A stretch of 47,729 nucleotides of DNA from Klebsormidium nitens (Eukaryota > Plantae > Klebsormidiophyceae), in the NCBI GenBank assembly GCA_000708835.1, contig DF236958.1, positions 379,938 to 427,666 of the forward strand. The letters run 5' to 3'. This document shows positions 28,502 through 42,016 of this stretch, piece after piece. The translations under genes were made by a program, and so were the position numbers. The stretch's first letter is position 1, and the number at the start of each line of letters is the position of its first letter. A model generated the notes under the pieces. That model was not told the origin of the DNA and made no database searches. It saw nothing but the letters and a program-made list of their open reading frames with translations.

Positions 28502-30379
28502 AACCGACGAGAATCTGTCGTCAGGCGATCAACCCGCGACGGTTCATGAACACGTCATGACTTTTGTAGTATGGCCGGTTGCGCCAGCCTGTCTTCCATT
28601 GCTGCATGCATGGCCGGAGCATCAAGCAGTTACGTTTGATGAGAGTGACCGTCATGTTCCAGCTCGGCCATGTTGGGGTAATATAGCATATAGCCGTTCC
28701 GACTTTCTGGGTTGGAAGCGGATGTCCACATAAGGAATAGATTTGTGATTGTCATGTGCTCAATGCGTTCGAACTTACGGTCTTTCCATCATGTTCGAAT
28801 TGCCACGTCGAAGCACGCGGTCTGCCTGCTTAGACTGAGACATATTTAAGTTCAACGTGCCAGGTGGGGACGCGGCTCAGGTTAGGCCGGGACCCCTCAT
28901 GCCGTGCGTGGCATGAGTTCAGATGCATAGCCAAAAGTGTACGTTGGCCTGGCGGTATCGCCATATCGGAATTTTGTGGGAGAGCAGGATGCATGATGAA
29001 ACTTACATGCGCAGACGGTTGGTCCTGATTGACTACTCGTTGGCGCTGTACGCTATACCAAAGGAAGCACTAAATAGTGCATGAGAAAATTTCCTTATTA
29101 CAGAATTGAAAACAGAGATGAAGCGGAAGCAGTGAAAGCGGGGATCCTAGGAAGACGTAATAGCACGCGGCAACCAACAGGACTCTACGGCCATTACGGG
29201 TCCATTTTACAGTAGGTTGGAGGAGAGGAGGAAGTTTGCTATATATCTATTCTGAAATAGAATTCTTCACGGCTGGCACATATTTCGGCTTGGAATTAAC
29301 CTAGCTTATGAGACTGTCGGTTTGAGTGTGAGCCCGTAATCGCACTTTTGAATCGGACTACAGAAGAGCCACTATGCTGACCCTTTGACTGGGGACCTGA
29401 TCCTGCAAGGATGTCTCAGGCAGGTCCCCCAGGTACCCCGCAGCATGCCCCGCAGTCCCCTCCTTGCGCGCTAAACTCGTCCGTTCAAGGCTAATTTTGA
29501 AAGACTCGACAAGGCAGCAGTCAGCCTGGTGCTCGTTCCTCGGGGAGTTGGTCCGAGGGGCGGACGCGGCTTAGTTCGACGGCAGTGTACGAGAGTGCAC
29601 CGCACAATATCTGCGACGGCAGAGCCACCTTACGGTCGCTGTGCTTCGGCCTCGGTTTCTACACTCCGACAGGTTTGATAATTGCCAATCGCGACAGACG
29701 CTTGGGCTTGTTCGAGAGGATCACTATGATCTGCCGAGCTCAGCCTCGACTTTTTGTGCAAGCTCGTCTGATGCCGTGTATATTGGAGAAAGCAGTTCGA
29801 TGATAAAACGGTCGTCGGACAGAATGCACGTGGGCTGCTGCACAGAAACGGGGAGGGAAACTCAGTCTCGAATGACTCTACATTTGAAACGCTAGCTGCC
29901 TGCGAATTCAAGGATCCAAGAGCATGCGATCCTCGTTTTCCAGGCTTAGGGGGCTTGGAGTACCGCGTTTCAAACAACCGCAAACGAAAGCCCAAGCAAT
30001 GCACTCTGTACTTTGCACTCCCTTGCGAGAGCTTCTGATTTCTTTTTCGCATCGGACGCCGCGGCCTTGATCCGAGGCCTTTCGAGTTCCAGCGAGCTGA
30101 ACTCACTTCGAGGCCTGAAGACCAGGCTAAAGTTCCCCTAAAAGTGAAGCGTGGCATCTGCATCCACTCTGCTCTCAACGTTGGACCCTACACGAAACAA
30201 CACAAGTGCCTGACCAGTTAGCATGGACCGTAGCGACCTGCCTGCCAGCATTGACCCCTGGCAAGCTCTGCAAGGCAAACCTTTGGGCTGAGAGTATTTT
30301 AAAGGTGACTTTTGACAACCACTTCCACAATCTGCGTACTCCGCTTTAGCTCCCTTGACTGCCCCTTTCGATTTGCGCT

Positions 30380-30392
30380 GCCTATAAAACGG
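30380..30392 (+). promoter_or_regulatory. Candidate TATA box of gene A
   Basis: cctataaaac about 140 bp upstream of ATG 30526. Confidence 0.4.
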
Positions 30393-30525
30393 GCCACAGA
30401 CTTTGGTCGCGACATCATACCACAACGTTAACCCCATTGCTTCACCTCTCTGCCTGCTTCTGGCCGCCATTTCTCGTTGCCGCGTCTTTCCCAGTGGTTG
30501 CCGCTCCGACGCCTGCGGTCTGAGA

Positions 30526-32450
30526 ATGGCGCTCAAGGCGCAAGTTGCCGTCACGGGGCTTCTGATGGTCCTGGTGCTGGCGAATCAGGTAAGCGCCGCC
30601 ATTGCCTTCAAAATCTTACAGATCCGTACATGTGAACTGATTTGTCCTGAGAATTTTCAGATCGAAAACGTTTCAACCAGGTGATGGTGTCGTGACTGTC
30701 AAGAAATAGAAGACACGTTGGGGAACTCGGTTGTCAGAAGCTTGTCAGGATATGGTCGCTTAGGTCAAAAGGGAGCTTTTGCACTTTTTTTGGATGCCCA
30801 GCAGCCAATAGCAAAGCTACGAATGGGGTCCTCCAAAGCTTAAAGCTGCCAAAACGATCTTGTCGATTAAGGGTACCCTTTTCGCCGTTCCTCCGGCAGC
30901 TTTGTATTTTCAAAGTCGTCTGCGTTCAAAAAACGAGAAATAAAACAGGAGATCGTTGCTTGACGTCAACGAGATGTATATAATCCTTTTCCTCACGTTT
31001 CGTTTTTGCAGCGCAGATTGACAAATTGTTCTCCCGTCTGCAGGCATCCGCATCGTGGATCAGCGAAGCGCTGTTCGCTTCAAACGGCTCGCACGAGATC
31101 GCCCACGCTTCCAACCAGCGCAGCCTGCTGCAAGCTCGTACGTTCAAGCACATGGTTTTTCCATCAGCAGTTGCAAGATCTTTGTTTTCCTTGTCGCCTC
31201 TTCGCAATTTCAGAACCTCGATTCCTAGACTCTCTCTCTTCGCGTGCAAGCCTGCGGAGTCAGCGAAATTCAGTTGGAGCGAACTCTCCTGAGCCGTTTC
31301 CTCATGGGCGAGCGGCAAGCAGGCGCTCTACTTGCGGATAGCTTTGACGAATATCGGAGCATGCTACGTCGCTTCTTCGGCAGATATTCAACCGCGCTTC
31401 CCTTAGTACACAGGCCTGTCAAACGCGGGCAATCTTATGCGGCTGCGTTTTTCACCTGACTCCGCTGTTTGCGCGCGGCTCACCTTCCGTGTCTCTTCTG
31501 TTTTTGTGCAGCCCAAACCTTCGTCTGCCCCACCTTTTTCGGCCTCTGCCCCTTCTTCGGGCTGGGCCAATTTGGCAACACGATCCCCCTCTGCTGCCCC
31601 TCCTTCATCGCCTGCCCCGGGACGCTCATCGCCATTCTGCTCAACTGCGAGGCGGCCCTGCCCGTTACCCCGGTGCCAACCCCGCCGGTGACTAGTCCCC
31701 CGGTCACGACACCCCCTGTGACCACGCCCCCTGAGACGACTCCCCCAATCACAANNNNNNNNNNNNNNNNNNNNNNNNNNNNNNNNNNNNNNNNNNNNNN
31801 NNNNNNNNNNNNNNNNNNNNNNNNNNNNNNNNNNNNNNNNNNNNNNNNNNNNNNNNNNNNNNNNNNNNNNNNNNNNNNNNNNNNNNNNNNNNNNNNNNNN
31901 NNNNNNNNNNNNNNNNNNNNNNNNNNNNNNNNNNNNNNNNNNNNNNNNNNNNNNNNNNNNNNNNNNNNNNNNNNNNNNNNNNNNNNNNNNNNNNNNNNNN
32001 NNNNNNNNNNNNNNNNNNNNNNNNNNNNNNNNNNNNNNNNNNNNNNNNNNNNNNNNNNNNNNNNNNNNNNNNNNNNNNNNNNNNNNNNNNNNNNNNNNNN
32101 NNNNNNNNNNNNNNNNNNNNNNNNNNNNNNNNNNNNNNNNNNNNNNNNNNNNNNNNNNNNNNNNNNNNNNNNNNNNNNNNNNNNNNNNNNNNNNNNNNNN
32201 NNNNNNNNNNNNNNNNNNNNNNNNNNNNNNNNNNACGACCCCCCCAGTCACCACGAAACCAGTGACTACTCCCCCGGTGACTGCTCCCCCCGTCACAACA
32301 CCCCCCGTGACTACTCCCCCGGTGACTACTCCCCCGGTTACCACTCCCCCGGTCCCAGAGACCCCCTCTCCCACGCCTTCCGGTTGTCCTCCGTGCCCGT
32401 GTCTTTCTCCCACACCCACGCCGTTTACACCGTTGCCTTCAAAGGCTTGA
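30526..32450 (+). CDS. Gene A: secreted chimeric Pro/Thr-rich (HRGP/PRP-like) protein with an N-terminal 6-Cys module; 3 exons, gap in repeats
   Basis: Exon 1, 30526-30588: MALKAQVAVTGLLMVLVLANQ (signal peptide). Exon 2, 31044-31137: ASASWISEALFASNGSHEIAHASNQRSLLQA. Exon 3, 31512-32450: FVCPTFFGLCPFFGLGQFGNTIPLCCPSFIACPGTLIAILLNC, then (PPVTT)n, ending PSGCPPCPCLSPTPTPFTPLPSKA*. Exon sizes and phases match paralog B. Confidence 0.85.
31670..32355 (+). repeat. Coding 15-bp minisatellite encoding (P-P-V-T-T/A/S)n, spanning gap 31755-32234
   Basis: Degenerate ccc ccg gtg act act units on both sides of the N run. Confidence 0.9.
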
Positions 32451-33473
32451 TAGTAAAGTGTACATAGGGGCGTCTGTAATGTCAAAGCTTAGCTCGAAGG
32501 AAACCCTCACTGTATTCCAACCGGGGTAATGTGCAGAAGACTTTCAATATAAGTCGTGCTTTCAACTTTTGTGTAAAGACGCGTTTCAAACATTCGACAG
32601 CCATCTACCATGAGCGGTACAAAGATAGTAGAGGAGAGTTTGTTGATTAGAGGACCGTTCATGCATCAGAAATCTGTGCAGTAGAAGTGAAGAAAAGACA
32701 CTTCTGTGCCGGTCAGCCCTTGACATAAGAATAATAATCGGACTACCCATCTTTCTAAGTCTTGATCAAAGGAGCAGTGACTGTATGTAGAATCGACAAC
32801 TGGGCTTCCAAACGTTACCAAGAAATCCGTAGCACTTTGCATCGATGCTTAGCCTAGTAGCTAATGCTATTGCACAAAATTGTACAAGCTATTATAATAC
32901 AGTCTTTTGACAGGCCACATGCTTGGCCTGTCGATCTGGTAGCTGTACATTCAGATCATCAATATGGCAATCACCGTCCAAGTCATGCCCGTCCAATATA
33001 CGTGACTCGCTCACATTCCCCTCCTAGGTCAACTTGAACATGGTCGCGCAGGCCTATGTTGCACATTCCCATGGTGATCCGGTTGCAAATTTTGAAATCC
33101 CCGATCGAGTTCCTGGAGATTGATGCCTCCATCATGTATGTAAGTTCCTTACAAGTGTGTGGTATGTGGCCCGATTCAGCCATGAATGACCAAATCAGGT
33201 AGGCGGTAGCAGCTCGAGCTTGATAACTACGAGTGGCAAGCTTCCGACAATTCGAGTAGATGGATCATTATGGTTCCTCTCGCTGAATCCAGACCTCGGA
33301 ACAGCCTTTCTCGGCACGGTTATGCTGGAAATGGGACGAAACTTCCCAGCCTGGCATGTACACGCCATGTATGCAACCGAATGTACCTAAGATTCATGTA
33401 ATGTTGGAAGCGTTGCAGTGGCCGGGCCATCTCATGATTTCTGGAAGGTGCCGAAGCATAGACGCAGACCCAA

Positions 33474-36147
<2,674 letters not shown>

Positions 36148-36890
36148 CTCCCTCGGTCTTGGGCAATCACCCCTATGCTTCAAGCTCCTTCATAAAATTG
36201 AAGAGCACTGGCGAACACTTTCTTCCAGATTGTAGCAGATTCGCAGAGCTTGGGGCCACTTCGTGTCGCGGTTTCGCAGCTTGGCCCAGCGCTCGCACCT
36301 GGCTCGCACGGGCTACGAGCATAAAGTAACTTGCAGGACAGCCTATACAAGGCAATGTTTGCCACCCTTCTAAGCTGCACGAGAGGGCAGTCACAGTGTG
36401 TAGGCCGTGTGCACCGCCATCGCAGCTGCATTGCCAACTGGCAATGCTAGCAAGCTGGCCACCCGCTGGCCATGAATCTGATGTGGAAATGATCAGCTTC
36501 TCCACACTGGACTGGTCGGATCGATCCAGATCGATCACCAAGAATTACCGATTCATTAGAAAGTTCATGTTGTGCTACAGACTTTAGAATACGGCAATCG
36601 CGCTTTGCATCCTTGCGCCAATTCTGTGCGACCTCTGAACAAGTAAAAACGCCCTCTTCTAAATCGCAACTTGGCTCAAGCTCAGGATTGGAACCAGGCC
36701 CAGGGCCATCGCCTGCAGTCTGCAGTGGTGCTCGAGAGAGGACAGATACCGGTATGACCTACACACGGACCTACAAAAGCGCCAGCATTCTACTGTTTGC
36801 AGCTCATGCCTCCTGAGGCTCTGGCACCTGAACAGAGAGTTCTTGTGAAAGGCGTCAATTTCTGAGCAGCTTCCCGTGACTGCCGTGAGG

Positions 36891-39800
36891 ATGGAAGCGA
36901 CGTGCCTGAGAAACGTATCCCGGGGCTCTGCAGCAGCGGCTTCTTTGATTGGCCCAAGAGAGGCCCAGAATCTTGCTACTACAGGCAATCTGCAGGTTGC
37001 AAACCACAGCCGACCAGATAGCCTGCAGAGGAGGAAGCAAGCTGCCTCAGCTGCTGCAGCACTTTCAGCATTGCCTGATAAAAGACAGGGGTACTGTCCT
37101 GCTTGCAAAAGCTTGAAAGTAGCAGGCTTCAAGTTGCTGGTGGTGCGGAGAAATGAAAGAGCGTTGTCCACAGCTGCTGCCTCCCAGGGTGGGGAATCTG
37201 ACAGACAAGCAATAGGAGCAGGTCATGGTGATAAGGTGTCAACAAGCAGTGTGAGGGAGGAGAATGAAGGTGGCGCAGTTGCACCCCAGCTTGAGCCCCT
37301 TCCTCTCAACGGAGTTGACCAACGTGCAAGAACTCTTCTTACTGGCGCTCCTAGGATCATATCAAGCATAGATGAGCTGATCTTGCTGCAAAAAGAGGCT
37401 GCCGGGGGGGCTGCTGCTGAAGTGCGGTCTTTGGAACAAACATCTGCCTTAGAAGAAACCTCCCCTGCTGAAAGAAGGGGGAATGCAGACGCTTCAGTTA
37501 GCAGCCAGCCACGAAGACAAGCAAACAAGACATGGATAAGAGACTCTACAGGGACGATGCGTCGAGCTGTCCAGCCAGCCAAACCCTCCACTTCTCAAGG
37601 TAGCCCCAGCAAGCCGCTCTCCCCCAGCAGGATGAAGCTTCCCCGACACGGAGCCCCTCGAGCTGCCGCGGTCATGCGAATCCTGTATGAGGCACGGGAC
37701 TTGACGACTGATGGAGTTCTTGACCAGTTGGCGGAAGCGGTGCAAAGGGCAGAGCTGAACATGGTGAGCAGATTACCTTTCACTCACACAAGTGAATCAG
37801 CCCGCTTGCCATTCTTGTGGAAAGCAATGAGAGCACTTCGACGATGTTCATGTGTCCCAGACTTTAAGGTTCCTTACTGCCACGATGCTATCTCGCCTTG
37901 TTGCTCGTTGTGGAAGAGCAGAGTACAGATGCGTACCAACACCATCAATGGCCTTTGAGGCAATTCACGCTCGATGCGCAGATCATAAAGGATCTTGGCG
38001 TCAGGGGCCGGACAAACAAGGCATTCGAGGTGAAATTTTTTGTCTTGCTGGGACTCTGCTGTTTTCTCTCAGAAATAGAGGACCGGAGTGACCTTGTGAA
38101 GTAACGAGAAATCTTTTCAGGGTCTAGGAGGAGAGATGGCTCCATCATCTTGGATCACCACTGGGAGACCTTTGTGTGCTGTGAGCAACTTGCTTGCTCT
38201 CCTCTTACAACTCAGCAGAGGCCAACACGAACAAATCCTGACGTACTCAAACAACTCTCATGCAACGCAGCAAGTCACCAGGCGCCACTTAGTTTCGAAG
38301 CATTTCTTGCATTGCCCAAGAATGCGTTGATCCCTCAGCAAGCCAAGCTCTCATTGTGCACAAAGTGCAGGTCTACCACTGGATGCTTCAGCAAGGCAAC
38401 GAGCGGCGTGCGCCAGACGAGATCACGTTCAACAGCATTATCACCGTCCTTAGCAAACACGGGCAGGTGGAGAAGGCCCAGCACGTCTTTGAGATGATGG
38501 ACATGGTGCGTGCCTGCCGACACCCTACTGTGCTTTTGAAATTTGGACGTCTGTGCTTCATGCTCGTGTTTCGTTGACTACCTTGTACCGTCCGTTTTGT
38601 GGTCGAGCATGTTCAGCGGAGGACAACGGTGAGGACGTGCTAAAGGAGCAAGAAGGCCTTAGGAGCGTACTTCAAGTTGTCGAGGTGATACCTTCTGACC
38701 ACTGGTTGAGTCTGTGTTGCAAAGCAGAGTCCGGAGTCTGGTCGATCGACTCAGCTTGAGTATTGAAAACGCTTTTGTTATCGTCCTCAGGTTGACGGGA
38801 TGAGAAAGGAGGTTAATTACGTGTTTTAGTCTAGTGCACAGCACGTTCAATCTCGTCTTCAAGTTCGACGTCAGTATCTTGCCTCGCAGGTGGCTTGCCG
38901 ACGGAACGTGTTCCACTACAACGCTCTCCTCAGCGGCTATGCGAAACTGGGCCTTGCCACAGACGCCCTGGCCCTATTTGAGCGGATGAAAGTGGAGGGC
39001 ATCGACCCCGACGGCAGGTGAGAGTACGAGTTCGAAAGACTAGCCGCCGTCTTATGAGAACCCTGACTATATTGCCATCAACAAGCAGATTCGAGCTTCA
39101 AGTTTCGAGTGCTACTCGGCCCCCTGAGGACCCCGTCTATGCTACAGCAGTTTATGCTTGGCACCTGGTCGCAGCCGTTGGTCCTGTCAGCCGTAGAAAC
39201 AGGACGGTCCAGCAAACCACCGATGCTCGCATGTTTCACGAGCATTATTCTGCCTCCTGGGACAGGTGAGTCCAACAAGCGCGCAACTTACCTGACTTCG
39301 CGTGCAGTTCGTACAATATCCTGATCAACGCGTGCGGCCGAGGGAAGCAGCTGACGCGGGCCCTAGCGCTCTTTGAGGAGATGGTGGGCAAGGGACTGCA
39401 AGCCACGCACATCACGTACACCTCGCTGGTTGGCGCGTGCGGGAGGGATAACAGGTGGGGCTGCTGCATCTGCTTAATCTGTGTGTATAGAAAAGCATCC
39501 TCAAAGGTCATAGACTGAATTTGCCAAAGCAAGGGTCACGCCAACCGGTTACTGAACTCATTCAGATGTTGGGATTGTAAACAATACCCGTCTACGGCTT
39601 GAGTCACCACTTTCCGTGCGAGGGGCGTGTGGCTGAACTTAGTCACCTTGAACGAGGCTGCAATTACTTTCGATTCCATTGCCAATGAGCCCGTTGCTTT
39701 TTGCGGAACAGATATGTATAAGGAAGTGGATTCACTCCCGTGTTTCCTCGGTGAAGAGCGAGTCGAAAGCTCTAAGGCAGACCATACTGAATTGAAGACA

Positions 39801-40938
39801 TCTCCTTGTGCTCGTGAGTTGTCCGTTTCGAGAACTATCTGAAGTTGCCGCAAAGCTTTTCGAGATCTGGCAGATTGCGTCGCTTTGATAAGTTACTGCT
39901 CCCGGCATGCCTTTGCTACGGTGAACTGTGCAGCCCTTTAAGATTGCTCCTCTGGATCGAACCTCAGATCCGCGACAGATGGATTCCTTTCTGGGGATTC
40001 GAGGGCCCATTTTTGCAGCTTTGCGTTGAGATTCTTTGCTTTGTGGTCATAGAGAGGAAGGGGCAAAAGCATACGTGAGGCGGTTACTACTACCGATTAA
40101 GCTTTGGGGGCGGGTCTGAGACCGCAAAGTTCAGATCTACTGTAACCAGAGATATCTCCAATCGACCTGAGATTTTGCAAACCGCTTTTGCGTGGCGCAG
40201 GCCCTTCCAGGCGCTGCGTATCTTCCAAGAGGCCATTTCCGGCGGAGTTCCGCCGGACCAGCCCATGTTCAACGCCCTCCTAGACGCGCTGGGGCGAGGC
40301 AGCTTGTTCGACGAGATGGCCGATGTGCGCAGCCAAATGGCGGAACGGGGCTTCGCACCGTCGCTGGTGAGTTGACGAGCTACTTGGGCTGCCTTTAGGA
40401 TCCGCAAGTGCCTCTATTCTTCTACCGCTCAAGTCCATTCCAAAAGGTGTGTAATCGTAACGGATTACACACCCTCACGTCAAACACGGTCGTCATGCAG
40501 CCTTTACGGGTTGAGCTTTTGTCCAGGGTTCTTCCCTTGCGACTTCAAACGCATTGAACTGCTGTCTTGATGTGTGCCGGATCTTGGACGTGCCTCAGTC
40601 GCAACGAGTGGGGGAGAAGCCGTCAGGTGATTGTGGGTTGTGTTCTCAAACAGTCGTTGGCGTGGATGCGAATGGGGATCCTTTGCGTGATCCTTCTCGG
40701 CGTGACAGCCTACTTGCGGACAACAAATTGTATCTTGATCGAGATGCACACGATCTGTTTGCTTCACGTGCTCTTGACTTCGAGCAGCCCATGACAAGGG
40801 TGCCGTCCTGTGCAGGATGCTTATCGGTCCATGTTGGCAAGCTATAAACAAGGGGAGCGATACCTCGAGGCCAAAGCAGTCCTCGACGAGATGCGGAAGG
40901 CGGGATACGATCCAGGTCCCGTAAGACTGCCGATATAG
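36891..40938 (+). CDS. P-class PPR protein (PPR-3), probably organelle-targeted; 7 exons
   Basis: Exons 36891-37763, 37982-38029, 38371-38505, 38890-39017, 39308-39454, 40201-40366, 40816-40938 join in frame. PPR motifs include DEITFNSIITVLSKHGQVEKAQHVFEMM, NVFHYNALLSGYAKLGLATDALALFERMKVEGIDPD, SYNILINACGRGKQLTRALALFEEMVGKG and QPMFNALLDALGRG. An unused gtaaga near 40921 makes the 3' end slightly uncertain. Confidence 0.88.
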
Positions 40939-42016
40939 ACGCAACGCTAAAGAGAACGGTCGATTAAGTTACCTCTGGCCCTTTGGCCCTTTGTCTAATT
41001 GCAAGCTAAAGAAGGTCATCATACAGCTACAAACCACTTCATCGTGTTTGAAGGTATTTAAGAAGCTTAAAGATCTGGTAAACGTGCTCGTCTGGAGACC
41101 ACGCAGTTTGTGCTGCGGCACTCTAAGCGACAGATAATGGACGCCCTCATCAATGACGTTTGGCGTGGACGAAACACATGCAATGCGTAACGTGATCAAG
41201 CTTACTCATCCCTGATCGGTCGAACCAACTTCGGTTTGCATGAGCCTATGCATCCGTGTACCAGTGCAGGATATGGCATGATGCACTGAATATAGACAAA
41301 TTTGAGGCAGCATACATGCCAGCTACACTACAGATACAGCGGCTGGGAACGTGCGCATGAGGCAGGCATGCCGCGGCGAGCTGGCTAGCTAGCGACGGGC
41401 TCAGCACCGTCACTGTATTTGGCCTGCGTGCACGCGTGCATAGCTAACCATACGTGTCATGGTCAAATGCACCCGTATAGGCTGTCCCAAAACCGAAACC
41501 TGATTTCCAAATGTCGCTATATACTATAAGACTCAAAGATGTGGCTTATTACCGTACCGTACGTGCATACGGTATGTCCGCGGCATGAGTTCCCGGTAAT
41601 CAGATCATTCCGAAGATAATGCAAGCAAGCCGGACGTGCATCAGATTTGGTAACCGAACTTGCTGTCAATGGCCGAAATTGAACGAGCAGGCTCGTAAAA
41701 CTCGAGCCATGGATAGGCGGCTGGCCGGGCACACTAAAACATGCTATAAGGAAATGATCGAGATTACAGGCAGTCGAAGTACAGCCCCTACAAATGTTCC
41801 AAGCGTCGGTTGATGCTACAATTGTCTGGGCAGAATGTTTGTTACTCCATGCTAAAGCAATATTTCATGGCGTATTTTACAGATAGCCCCGCAGCGCTTG
41901 CCGCTGTTCAGCCACGTCAGGCTCGACCAGCCTCTTTCGTCAATGGAAACGTATGGAACACTTTATCCACCAGCAAGCCTCCAAGCCCATTATCGTACAG
42001 CTTCCACCCCTCAAAC

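Noticed and set aside
29391-29429. GC-rich hairpin ggggacctg...caggtcccc with inner atcct/aggat stem
   Set aside because: Only a 9-bp stem. No target duplication, no Helitron CTRR end and no second copy seen.
32983-33183. 66-aa ATG ORF between gene A and METTL5
   Set aside because: No motif or supporting exons, and it probably lies in the METTL5 3' flank. Length is compatible with chance.
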